Below are positions 14,843 to 26,960 of a DNA stretch of 64,000 nucleotides, piece after piece. Origin of the DNA: Octopus sinensis (lineage: Eukaryota); contig NC_042997.1 in assembly GCF_006345805.1 (NCBI RefSeq), positions 196,726,001 to 196,790,000 of the forward strand. Reading direction: 5' to 3'. Made by a program: the position numbers and the translations under genes. The notes under the pieces are model-generated. The model did no database searches. It saw only the letters and a list, made by a program, of their open reading frames with translations, and was not told the DNA's origin. The stretch's first letter is position 1. Each line of letters opens with the position of its first letter.

Positions 14843-15170
14843 AAGGGTGGTTCGTTAAATAGCTTGTTTTGTAAGTACGAGGTTTCGGGTTCAAACCCAC
14901 TGCACTTCGAATAATTGTCTTTTACTATAACTTCGAGGCGATTAATACCTTGAGAATGAATTTGGTATACGGAAGCTATGTGAAATCCTGCTGCATGTGT
15001 ACGTGTGTGTGTGGGTATGTGTGTGTGTGTGTGTGCATACATGAATCTGTGCCTTGTGCCTGTTTGCCCCACCATTTAACAACTGGTGTTGGTTTGTTTA
15101 CATCCCTGTAAGTGACTTGTCAAAGTGACCTATAAAATAAGTACCGGAGTTAAAAAGATGTACTTAAATG
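14843..15170 (+). mobile_element. SINE family A, old and diverged
   Basis: tagcttgttttgtaagtacgaggtttcgggttcaaacccactgc..gaatttggtatacggaagc..(TG)n..taagtacc. Confidence 0.65.
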
Positions 15171-15804
15171 GATTTGTACAGCTATAATTCTTTTAGTCAG
15201 TGCTTGAGTATGACCAAGGTTCAGTGATTGATACAAACAAAAGATAAAACATAAGGACATATTTGACAAGGTGAATCATTCCCGAAATATTTCAGAAGTA
15301 TTAAACAACCCAAGAATGGTAATATAAAATCTTATGCTTAAATCTATTGGTATCACCTAAAATATTTTACCTAATTTCCCACTTGCATTGCTTAAAGTTT
15401 TTATATAATTATTTCATTATTTTATATAATTTAATAGACAACGATAAAAATACTTTAGCGACCCACATAGCATCATTCAATATACTTCATAAAAAAATCT
15501 GACAGCAATAACTAAACAAACATCCACTGAGTACTGTAGGGAAATGGAACACTTACTGTAGAATGATGATATTTAAGCAGACATTTCCTGTTGTACCAAA
15601 AAAAAAAAAAAGAAAAAAAAAAGGAAAGAAAGAAAGAAATCAATACAGTCTGATGGATGATTTCTGCAGTGAAATTGTCAATAATATACTAATTAAGAAA
15701 TATACTTAGAAGTTGACCGACTAACTCGACTTTTCTAATAATGTTTGTATATAATTAAAATTGTGGTTAATTTGCTTACTCTTCGACATTACAAGTAATG
15801 TACG

Positions 15805-15837
<33 letters not shown>

Positions 15838-16519
15838 CACACATACTCTTTCAAATATTTTTATATATGTATGTATATATTATGTATGTTTGTATGTATG
15901 TGTGTGGTTTTATAGACACACGCATGCGTATAGGAATATCTGTATAGATGTCTGTCTGTATGTAAGCATGTATGTAAGTATGTATGCGTGTGTGTATGCG
16001 TGTGTGTATGCGTGTGGTTTTTTACACACACATACGCATATATTTGTGTATGTACGTGTGTATACATATATATTTCCCTATTTAAATGTGTGCTTCTAAA
16101 ACTGGGATAGCTGGAATCAGTGTGTTGAAAAAAAAAAAAAAATTCCTTCTCTAAAGCTGACGAGATAGTACTTAAATTTTCCCATTCCTATCTGATGATT
16201 ATTTTATTTTACTCTCCTCAGAGTACGAAAGTAAAAAGACAAAAAAACCCCAAAAAAACAAAAAACGAACAAACAAAAAATAAACAAAAAACACACACAA
16301 ACAGGAAAAGTAAGTAATTTTAAGATACAGGAAATATAAAAAGAAAAGCGGAAACGGAAGGAAAATAATATTCCATGTTTTATATCGATCTGACGATTAA
16401 TCGAATATTTTCGGGCTCGTGTTTTGAGAGGCACACATCGCAGAACGAGTAACATATTCTATCTTATATAATTCAATATATATGATATAATATTGATTTC
16501 GAATTTTGTTACAGAGCCA

Positions 16520-16727
16520 TCATTTTAAGGGCAGGGATTAAGTCGATTACATCGACCCCAATGTTCAACTGGTAGTTATTTTATCGGCCCTGAAAAAACG
16601 ACAGGTAAAGTGAGCTTCGGCGGAATTTGAACCCAGCGCTTAAAGACAGACGGTATGCCGCTAAGTATTTTCCCCAGCGTGCTAAGGATTCTTATTTCTT
16701 TATTGCCCACAAGGGGCTAAACATAGA
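16520..16727 (-). mobile_element. SINE family B with a tail fragment joined to its head
   Basis: Reverse complement of ttagcacg..cttagcgg..ttcaaattccgccga..ggggtcgatgtaatcgactt; 16693-16727 is the gtttagccccttgtgggcaataaagaaata tail. Confidence 0.8.
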
Positions 16728-17052
16728 TTTGTTATCATAAATCAATTCGTGATAAGCGAATTAGTGTACCTAGTTATCCTGGATCAGTCACGAATGAATC
16801 AGTGATGAACGAGGAAAGGGACACTATAAATGACAATGTAATCCTTTTGCCGACAATCATTGCTGCTTCATTTCGACATGACCACAGATAAATGATTCGT
16901 TTATCACTGATATCTTGATCAGGAAAGATTTAACTTTAATACCATATTGTTGGCGCAGTGGCATAGTCGTTACAGTACTAGAATGACCGGTGGTATTTAT
17001 TCTAGTTATCCACGCTCTTAGTTCAAATTCCGCTGAGGTCAAATTTACCTTA

Positions 17053-17457
17053 CTCTCTTTTACTCTTTTACTTGTTTCAGTCATTTGACTGCGGCCATGC
17101 TGGAGCACCGCCTTTAGTCGAGCAACTCGACCCCGGGACTTATTCTTTTTGTAAGCCCAGTACTTATTCTATCGGTCTCTTTTTGCCGAACCGCTAAGTG
17201 ACGGGGACGTAAACACACCAGCATCGGTTGTCAAGCAATGCTAGGGGAACAAACACAGACACACAAACACACATACATATATATACATATATGCGACAGG
17301 CTTCTTTCAGTTTCCGTCCACCAAATCCACTCACAAGGCATTGGTCGGCCCGGGGCTATAGCAGAAGACACTTGCCCAAGATGCGACGCAGTGGGACTGA
17401 GCCCGGAACCATGTGGTTGGTAAGCAAGCTACTTACCACACAGCCACTCCTGCGCCT
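17053..17457 (-). mobile_element. SINE family A, full length, interrupting a family-B copy (16945-17052, +)
   Basis: Complete head (ggcgcaggagtggctgtgtggtaag; B box ggctcagtccc), internal (TA)(TG) tract, tail gactgaaacaagtaaaaagagt. Confidence 0.95.
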
Positions 17458-18009
17458 TACATGAATTTGAGATAAAAATATAAGTTAAAAGTGGCAGATT
17501 AGCTGGATTCTTGGATCATGGGAAAAGATTCCTAGCAGTGTCTGTTCTTGAAAATTTTGAGCTAAAAAATTCCGACGCATCTGCCAAAATTTGTGATCGA
17601 CAGATTGTGTCAGCAATTTGAAAATTCTATGGAAACAACTTCCTCGTTTTGATTGAAAACTCAACTGCTAGCAACAAAATTTCAACTTTCGACTTTTTAT
17701 TGTAGCATCAATAAACAGCGTAGAAAACATGAGAGTCATAAAGATTATATGAACTCAAGAAGACCGGATTCTGACATCCATTTTTGATAGTCAAATTATG
17801 TTATTTTCCCCTTCCGTTAAGTGGGTAATATTTTTGAAGGAACGGCACACGTCATATGACTCTCCCATTTATGCGTTTCTGTCACTGTGAAACCATTTGT
17901 TTATATAAAGACAGTAATTATGGTTGAGATAGACAGCTGACAAGTGTGTCTCTCTGTCGCTTTACCGTGTCTTGACTAAGACCCTAAGTAACACATTTCC
18001 CCATGCCAT

Positions 18010-18197
18010 CAGATAGATAGAGATTGATATAGATAGATAGACAGAATGAGAGAGAGAGAGAGAGAGAGAGCGGGCAGTTAGAGTGATATAGAAAGGCGAA
18101 GAGGAGAAAGAGGGAGCGCGGACAGTGATAGAGAGAATTAGAGGGAAAGAGTGAGAAAGAGAGAGAGAAGGGGGTCCAGTTTGAGAGAATGAAAGAC

Positions 18198-18247
<50 letters not shown>

Positions 18248-18291
18248 GTAGGTAGGTAGGTAGGTAGGTAGGTAGGTAGATAAATAGATAT

Positions 18292-18338
<47 letters not shown>

Positions 18339-18340
18339 TT
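18010..18340. repeat. Compound (AG)n/(GATA)n/(GGTA)n microsatellite
   Basis: Directly visible. Confidence 0.95.
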
Positions 18341-18801
18341 TAGACTGAACCGCAAATGGATAGCGTGGCATCAGAACAATTCGTTTGCATTTATTCGCAG
18401 TTCAGCCCTGATTCGGCAGACCTCGATCAAAGACAATCCAGCCACGACAATCTCAATAACTTATATGTAATGCTACATAACATTATATCTTCATTTTTGA
18501 ACAGTATTGAGGTGTGATTTGAAAGAGATTTGATTGTCATTTCTAGCAGCTCTTTGCTTACTAATAGCACAACCACGGTATGCTTAAGAATAAGAACGTA
18601 TACAAATATACAAAAGTTTGAGAGACATAGATCATGTCTTTGTGATAATCTGCTTTAATACTATGGTTATTAATGCTCGAACGCTAACTATGTGCTAATT
18701 ACGTAAATTATATCTGTCATAATTTTGCTGAAATTTTCTATAAGAAGCAGTTGCAAGTTTCTCAGCTTTGGCAACCCCTGCGGCTGAAAGGAGAGATAAG
18801 C

Positions 18802-18843
18802 GATCTCTGATGAGGCTTACATGGATATGAAACTAGTCAGTTC
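18802..18843 (+). ncRNA. Degenerate minimal hammerhead ribozyme motif
   Basis: gatct-CTGATGA-(unpaired stem II)-GAAA-CTAGT-C-agttc. Palindromic ACTAGT helix III and GUC site; stem II does not pair. Confidence 0.45.
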
Positions 18844-18893
18844 AGTACACACCCCAAAGAGGCTTTTTGTACGTGTTAAACATTATTTATAAA

Positions 18894-18924
<31 letters not shown>

Positions 18925-19545
18925 CATACATACATACATACATCTTATGTATGTATGTATATCTATACATACATAAGATAAATATAGACAACTACTTCGA
19001 ATCTTTCAACTTCTATGTCCGGATTAAATTCCCATTTATACCAATAATTTGTGCAATTTGTTTTTTATAAATAAATACCTAAGGGACAATCTGGATAAGC
19101 TAGGGTATTTAGAAAAAGAAAATCAACCAACTAAGTCGCACATTACAAATTCAATCTATAAGTGGAACAATAAAAGTATGCAAAACTTTCCTCAAGTTTA
19201 AACTGTAACGTTGTCTACATTCCAGTGATGTAGCTTTCTATCTTTGTTAGAAACCAGTTTCTTCCCGAGAGGGAAACTTCAAATAATTCAATACAGAAAA
19301 GAAAATACATACTCACACACAGTCACACACACAAAGAAACACACATGTGAGCGCACACATATAACATTTGTTGGATAATTTCTAGAGTAAACAATCAGTG
19401 ATGTACTAATTAAGAAAGATGTTTAGAAGGTAACGAATATTCTAATAACGTTTTGTAAATAATTTATTTTGACGTCAACAATATATAAATGTGTGTGTGT
19501 GTGTGATTTAAGTTTACGTGAGAGCATGTGTGAGAGCGAATGTAA

Positions 19546-19599
<54 letters not shown>

Positions 19600-19937
19600 A
19601 TCTGGGACAGCCGAATCGTTGTGTAAAACATTTATTTCTCAAAAAATGGATGCCAAAATGTTAATTAAATTCTAAAATTTCTATTATGAAAAAATAAAGT
19701 AAAATTTACATTTGATAGACGAACGCGGTATTTAGTGCTTCTTTACAAACACATAGACACACACACACAATGGCATAGTCACAGTACATAACTGCATATA
19801 CCAACATAAATTTGTACAAGTTTGGCGATGCAAACAGGAAAACTTGAACTCAATATATGAGTTATTGAGAAGTGCTAACTCACGAACGAAACACTCGGCC
19901 CTTGAGTCATTCTGTCACTTATGTAACATAGCAAAAA

Positions 19938-19970
<33 letters not shown>

Positions 19971-19974
<4 letters not shown>

Positions 19975-20139
19975 CGCAGGAGTGGCGTGTGGTAAGTAGC
20001 TTGCTTACCAGCCACATGGTTCCGAGTTCAGTCCCACTGCGTGGCACTTTGGGCAAGTGTCTTCTACTATAGCCTCGGGTCGACCAAAGCTTTGTGAGTT
20101 GATTTGGTAGACGGAAACTGAAAGAAGCCCTTCATTTAT

Positions 20140-20172
<33 letters not shown>

Positions 20173-20392
20173 TTGCTTGTGTGTCTGTGTTTGTCCCCCT
20201 ACCATCACTTGACAACCGATGTTGGTACGCTTACGTCCCCGTAACTTAGCGGTTCAGCAAAAGTGACCGATAGAATAAGTACCAGGCTTACAAAGAATAA
20301 GTCCTGGGTGTCGATTTGTTCGACTAAAGGCGGCACTCCAGCATACCTGCAGTCAAATGACTGAAACAAGTAAAAGAATAGAAGAATGACAG
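19971..20392 (+). mobile_element. SINE family A, full length
   Basis: ggcgcaggagtggcgtgtggtaagtagcttgcttacc..gagttcagtccc..; tail aaatgactgaaacaagtaaaagaat. Confidence 0.95.
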
Positions 20393-21123
20393 AATATAAG
20401 AATACCGTTGTAAACGTGTATAAATAAATATCTTGTGATTTTATAGATATACAGAAGAAAGGTGAAGGTATGAATTCGATATTCAGAAATCGATATTATG
20501 AGCAGCATTATAAGTACTCGGGTTGATAGAGAGTTGACAGAAGAAAATAGAAAAATAAATGAAGATAAAATTAAGCCGGAGGCGATGCCCTAGCCTCGTT
20601 GCAAGTTCAATGACTTCGACCAGTAAAAGAATAAAAGACCACGTGATAGTTTAGCAGAATATTGCCAGCATGTTCCAAAACTAATTTCCTGTTTGTAATT
20701 AATTAAGAAATACGGAAAATAAAAAGAAAATGGGAAATAAAACTAATATAGTAAATGAGAATGTACAGTACATGACGACAGTCTGGTATGACAAAACAAT
20801 ATGTTTATGACATGTTTATTTGACCGACGATCATCAGACAGAGGTATCTGAACTTCGTAAAGAAATGCTAATACAATTATGGCGAAAATAATTGTAGATA
20901 AAATAAGAGAGAATATTTCTTTTATTAACGTTTATATATATATGTTATTTGAAATTCTGCGTTGAAACAAATAAACACGGACATAGCTGTTTGGCTAACA
21001 CTGTTATCTTAGCAACGAAGAGGTATCGGAATCGATCTTACGGCACGGCAAGTATTTTACCTCTTATCCCTAGTAGAAACACACATGCAAGCATGCTCCC
21101 GCATATATATATATAATATATAT

Positions 21124-21168
<45 letters not shown>

Positions 21169-21662
21169 TTAGAATCATACACACGCACATACTCACGTTT
21201 ATGTATATATATGTATATGCATATATATAGATATATACATATATTTGGTATGATCAATAAGTATCAAGACTGGGGCCATAGTAACGAAGCTAAAGGGGGC
21301 CGAGTCAATCCGCTCGGTACAGATTGACCTTGATCTCTGCTGCGCATGTGCACTAAGTTTTAACGTTCTAGCTCACTTCCGCTGTTTCTAGCAGTGCTTG
21401 GAAGGAAGGTGTGTAGTATGTGATAGTTGCATTGAGCATAACGGCAAATAAGGAGCTTTGGTGAAAAGATACTTGCTAAAAGTGACACTCAGTGGGGTCA
21501 AACCAATATCCACATGGTTGTGAAGTGAACATCTTCACCACAAATCTATCTCTATGCAGCAAATCTTTATACATCATAGTATCAACTAATCAACTTATGA
21601 TTTACCACATTATTTACATTATTTACATTCGACGGATATTTGTCCCCATCTTGTTTGTTGTT

Positions 21663-21708
21663 AACACAACGTTTCGGCTGATATACCCTCCAGCCTTCAT
21701 CAGGTGTC
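21663..21708 (-). ncRNA. Intact minimal type I hammerhead ribozyme motif (Penelope type)
   Basis: Minus strand GACAC-CTGATGA-A-GGCTG-gagggtatat-CAGCC-GAAA-CGT-T-GTGTT: canonical core, stems I and II paired, palindromic ACGU helix III. Confidence 0.8.
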
Positions 21709-21776
21709 TTGGGGGAAATTTCGAACCTAGGTTCTTATTCCTAAGGTATTTTTCGATATTATTATTATTATTATAT

Positions 21777-22140
21777 GTTTGACTTTTGCTTTACATTTGC
21801 ACAAGCTGGCTCCAAGTCTCACCCAGAGACCTCAAGAGACAACAAGTTGGAAGTTCATGTTGGTGTTATGCCTAGGGTGCCATATATTTGGTTTTGTACT
21901 TAGTGTTGTACTAGTGAATGCCTAAGAAACCATACGAAAATTATGTTTGATTTTAAAACTTGAGATTACAAAGAAAGTATTTTGCGTAGGATATGAGCAG
22001 TTCCCATGAGTACTATCTTTTGAATTTCTGCCATTTTGGGGTTTCCTGGTATCTGTGTTAGGTAACAATCATCCCCTTTTGCTATCATTCCCAGGGCACC
22101 TACGACAACAGGTATTGTTTTAGTCTTCAGGTTCCATATT
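21777..22140 (-). mobile_element. R4/Dong-like non-LTR retrotransposon 3' fragment (RLE C-terminus plus 3' UTR)
   Basis: IWNLKTKTIPVVVGALGMI...EIQKIVLMGTAHILRKILSL* matches the C-terminus of restriction-like endonuclease LINEs; flanked on both sides by (TAA)n. Confidence 0.75.
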
Positions 22141-23731
22141 TTATTATTATTATTATTATTATTATTAGTGTTCAAGACACTGCTTGGAATCGAACTGTAT
22201 TATGATTCCTTATTAAGATACATAGAACTGTAATATGATTTACTACTTATTAATGTTACTATTTCTAAAGTTATCGAAAAATTTTTTTCATAATGGCAAG
22301 TAAATGAGATTCACTGTGATCGATATATGATATTTAATCAATACGTTCCACATGCAAAACGGTAAAGAACGAACAAGTGTATTTGCCCCAATCACATCGT
22401 TCGTATATAAGAAATATTCAAGTGTTTGACTAATATTTGCCAACATTTTCGTCCATAATAGTACTTCGTCTAAGACCATATTGATATTGGCATCGAAGCA
22501 GTAGAAATAGTAATCGAACCTACAATCATTTATTGGAATTTCACTATTGACACTATTATCAGCATTCATTTCCATATATTTTGCAATTTAGTTTCTTTAC
22601 TTTCGAATAACCTTCTTTAATATCGAAAGAAAATCGGAAAGCAGTATGAAGACTTATAAATCAAGTAAACAAGTTTCTCTTCTCTTAAAACTAACAAATA
22701 AATTCGTAGTTCGTGTTAGATAACCTGGCGATTTTTTAGTTCCATTTTGAATTAAAATTCGAAGAGAGAAATATATCTGTTTGAGTTATTTGTCACGAAA
22801 TTTAGCCAGAAATGTTTCTAAACATAAACCTAACAGAATGCACATTCTCTAAATATCCCATAGGATATGAAAATATATTTATCTATCCTTGAGAAGATGG
22901 AGTTACATCTTTATAAATAAGAAATACCAGAAGGATTACGCAGAAAAAATTGCATGTGATTCCGTATATTGTCAATATTTATAGAAGCAAAAACCACACA
23001 GGACAAATAATGGCTGTTTATTTTCTTTAATAACAATAGGAACTACTCAACAGGTTGGATTTATGGAGAAATGTAATTATTCATTTTATCAGTTCTGGTA
23101 ATTTGTGTTTTAACGATGCAACGTCAAAATGCCTGATATATATATATCCAGACGATATAAATAAAATATAACGTCTAAATATAAGATTGCTGATATGATA
23201 GATATTAGTTATGCCTAGCACCCTGATGATAAGGATTGCTCAGTGTGGGTGCTAATGTAGCTTCTGATATTCCAGTATTGATATGTAATAGTAATAAAAA
23301 TTGTAATATTTGTAAATATCCATTGCAAATGCCACCACCAATGGAATATATATTTTATCACAAAATTAATGACAAAATACCTTACTTTCAGCGCTTACAA
23401 TTGCGATTTACACCAAAGTTGTTTCACACTATATCGGTAACCAGAAAAATATTATGACGATAACAAAATAAAAATCCAATAAGATAATAATGATATGTTG
23501 TTGGTGGTCAACGGGGAGTTTGATACTAAAATATAAATGCCAAGTTCCAAATGAAGCTTTTGTTTTTCTTTCTATTTAGCTGCAACTCAGGAGTGATAAA
23601 GATCTATGGTGAAAGACAATGTCAGCTGTGAACTCTCGTTTTTTATTCAGATATAGGGCATCTAAAAGTAGTACTCCTTCTTTTTAATATAGTCTGGTGT
23701 GATCTGAGATATATATGGCAGTTATTTCTAA

Positions 23732-24125
23732 TAGGCGTAGTAGTAAGTAACTTGCTTACGAACCACATAGTTCCGGGTTCAGTTCTACTGCATGGCACCT
23801 TGGGCAAGTGTCTTCTACTATAAACTCGGGCCGATCAAAGCTTTGTGAGTGGATTTGGTAGACGGAAACTGAAAGAAGCCAGTCGTGTGTATATATATAT
23901 ATAATGTGTGCGTGTATGTGTGTCTGTGTATATGTTTGTTCCCCCAACATCGTTTGACAAGCGATTCTGGTGTGTTTACGTCCCTGTAACTTAGCGGTTC
24001 GGCAAAAAGATATCGATAGAATAAATACTAGGCTTACAAAGAATAAGCCCTGGGGTAAATTTGCTCGACTAAAGGCGGTGCTCCAGCATTGCCACATTCA
24101 TATGACGGAAACAAGTAAAAGAGTA
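23732..24125 (+). mobile_element. SINE family A, full length
   Basis: Head, internal (TA)(TG) tract and tail all align with 19971-20392. Confidence 0.95.
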
Positions 24126-24899
24126 ATAGGTGGAACGTCGACGAAGAGGCTTTCTCAGCTATTGGGAACTTCCGTTTGCTTCCCAATTAGTTTTCGGTTA
24201 TCAGTCTGCTTGCTTGTAACAGAGTTGTACTTAAGAGAAACTAAGTTATTTCCGCCAGAAAATCAATAGTTTCTATTATGAAAAATTTCTTTGTCAAAAT
24301 ATAGCGTCAGAAAGAACTATCAAAACCTCGTGTATCAAAGTGCGTGCATTAAAATGCGTGTGTCAGAAATGTCTGAATCAATAGGTTTATAAAAATCTCG
24401 ACGTCAACATGTGTATAAGAGAAGAGCATAATTGTTTCAGAAAATTCTGTATGAAAATATCTGTGTCAAATTATTTGTATCAAAATGTCTGTATAAAAGT
24501 ATCTGGGTCAAAACGTGTCACAGTGTTTGTATCGAGATGAATGTATAAAAAGTTTCATGTAAAACGTTTGTACCAAAATATCTGCAGTAAAATGACCGTG
24601 TTAAAATATTTATGTCAAAACGTCTGTTTCAAAAATATCTGTATCAATCCATCTGTGTGAAAACATTCGCGTCACGTAATGGAAACGTCCGTACCAGAAT
24701 GGCTGTGCTACTATGTATCGAAACGGGTGCTTTTAGAATGAAATAACTGTGTTAAAAATTGTCTGTATCAAAATGCGTGTGTTACGTCATTTGTATCGAA
24801 ATGTCCATATGAAAAATATTTCCATCAAATTGTCTGTATTTAAGATATCTGTATAAAAATACCTGTATGAAAATGTGTCGCAATGTCTTAAATTCGCAA

Positions 24900-25275
24900 T
24901 GTCTTAAATTCCTCTGTTATTACCTGGAGAACTTTGATGAACAAGAGGGGGATGAGCACTGAGCCTTGGTGAACTCCTACTTGTACCCTGAATTCTTCAC
25001 TGTGTTCCTTACCAACCCTCACCTTACTGGTAGCATACCTGTACTTGGCTTGTACAGTTCTCACCAACCATTTGTCTATCCCTAGTTTGTGCATTGACCA
25101 CCAGATAAGGGATCAGGGGACCCTGTCATAAGATTTCTCCATGTCAACAAAAGCGAAGTACAGATGTTTATCTTTGGCTGGGTATTTCTCCTGCAGCTGT
25201 CTTACCAGAAATATATTATCAGTTGTGCTTTTTCCTAGCACAAAACCAAACTGCTTCTCATCTAGGCTAACTGTC
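24900..25275 (-). mobile_element. RTE-clade LINE reverse transcriptase fragment
   Basis: QFGFVLGKSTTDNIFLVRQLQEKY..LYFAFVDMEKSYDRVP*SLIWWSMHKLGIDKWLV..GVHQGSVLIPLLFI..EEFKT. Confidence 0.9.
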
Positions 25276-25756
25276 TCCATATGTGTCTATTCAAAATGTT
25301 TGTATAAAATGACTGCATCAATTCATTCGTAATAAAAACATCTTTAATATTTGTTTTAAATCGCTTGTATCGAAATACCTGTATCAAAAATGTCTGTATA
25401 AAAAATGAGTGTATTCTGGATATTTGCATCAAAATGCAAGTTTCAGCAATGTCAATCTATCTGTAACGACATGTTTGTGCTACATATTTATCGATATGAT
25501 ACAACAGGTAAAATAAGAAATATATAATGTCTGTAACAAAATGTTACAAACTGCTTGTTTCATTTATGTCTGTATCAATATGTAGCCGTCTAATATAATC
25601 TGTACTTTGCTAGTAAAATCAGTAATTTTTCAGTGAAATAATCAATACGCGTTCAGGCCTGTAGTAGATTTGTCACTATTCCGTAGCACAGATGTATTTT
25701 TGTCTTATGTTTTTAGCGATGCAAGTGCTCATGTAGTACCCTCGTGTATATATATA

Positions 25757-26056
25757 GCACTGTAACCCACCAGGCTATCAGATGTTGCTACACATCGCTG
25801 GTCACAATGCGCTTCGCATTGTTTTAGCCTTCAAATGACGCCACCCCGCTGGCGAAGCGAGCAGGCCAACGGAAGAATGAGTGAAAGCTGTGGCGAAAGG
25901 AGCACAGCAAGGGATCGCCACCACCCCCTGCCGGAGCTTCGTGGAGCTATAGGTGTTTTCGCTCAATAAACACTCACAACACATGGTCTGGTAATCGAAA
26001 CCGCAACCCTACAATCGCGAGTCCGCTGCCCTAACCACTGCGCCACTGCGCTTCCA
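25757..26056 (-). mobile_element. tRNA-derived SINE, family C
   Basis: Minus strand gcagtggcgcagtggttagggcagcggactcgcg..gtttcgattacc..gtttattgagcgaaaacacc; tail cagcgatgtgtagcaacatctgatagcctgg. Confidence 0.9.
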
Positions 26057-26098
26057 CGTATGTATGTATGTATGTATGTATGTATGTATGTATGTATG

Positions 26099-26150
<52 letters not shown>

Positions 26151-26164
26151 GAGTCTGACGCCAT

Positions 26165-26335
26165 ACCACAAGAGAGTCCGTATCAAAGTATCGGAGATTT
26201 ATCCAGGAGGTTTAATAAATCTTAGTCCACCACACAAGACCATCTGAAGCAGTTTGAGAAGGTGTGTAGAGAAAGGAAGTGGTTAGAATAGAAAAGGAGT
26301 CATTGAGTAAAATGATAAGGCAAGGCCACAATTTG
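26165..26335 (+). mobile_element. mariner-like transposase fragment
   Basis: NRKGVIE*NDKARPQ resembles KGVILQHDNARPH; nucleotide similarity to 28205-28350. Confidence 0.55.
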
Positions 26336-26545
26336 TCTGTTTGTGTTGTTAAGTTTCAATTGAAGTGTCTCCATTGAAAATATCTGTATCAGCATGTTTG
26401 TTTCAAAATGTATCTTAAATATGCGTATCAAACGGTCTGGCTCAAAATATTTGTATCAAACAGTTTGCATAGTTTTATCTGTACGAACATGTTTCTATTG
26501 AAACTTTGTCCATCTAATTGCCTGTTTCAATAAAATAACCACCTA

Positions 26546-26960
26546 GGCGGCGAGCTGGCACAAACGGTAGCGTGCCGGGCGAAATGCTTAGCGGTATTTC
26601 GTCTGTCGTTATGTTCTGAGTTCAAATTCCGCCGAGGTCGCCTTTGCCATTCATCTTTTTGGGGTCGATAAATTAAGCACCAGTTTCGCACTGGGGTCGA
26701 TGTAATCGACTTAATCCCTTTGTCTGTCCTTATTTGTCCCCTCTTTGTTTAGCCCCTTGTGCGAAATAAAGAAATAGGTATTTCGTCTATCGTTACGTTC
26801 TGAGTTCAAATTCCGCCGAGGTCGACTTTGCCATTCATCTTTTCGGGGTCGATAAATCAAGCACCAGTTTCGCACTGGGGTCGATGTAATCGACTTAATC
26901 CGTTTGTCTGTCCTTGTTTGACCCCTCTATGTTTAGACCCTTGTGGGCAGTAAAGAAATA
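26546..26960 (+). mobile_element. SINE family B dimer with 23-bp target-site duplication
   Basis: Head ggcggcgagctggca..ttagc; two bodies ttcaaattccgccgaggtcg..ctggggtcgatgtaatcgactt. TSD tgtttcaataa(a/t)ataaccaccta at 26523-26545 and 26961-26983. Confidence 0.95.

Larger units (their letters stand above)
24285..26530 (+). repeat. Degenerate 14-bp minisatellite (consensus about CAAAATGTCTGTAT), split by later insertions
   Basis: Near-consensus unit at 24481-24494. Variant units run through 24285-24895, 25275-25600 and 26372-26530. Confidence 0.8.

Noticed and set aside
15557-15587. Alternative frame GNVCLNII resembling the E2 enzyme UBC12 motif GNVCLNIL
   Set aside because: The following residues do not match (IIL rather than LRE), and no other E2 exons were found.
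20805-20841. Minus-strand CTGATGA ... TAAACATGTC resembling a hammerhead
   Set aside because: G12 is missing and stem II does not pair; too decayed to distinguish from chance.
22288-22575. 95-aa minus-strand ORF in non-repetitive DNA
   Set aside because: No recognisable motif or good splice acceptor. By a rough estimate, a few ORFs of this length are expected by chance in 64 kb at this base composition.
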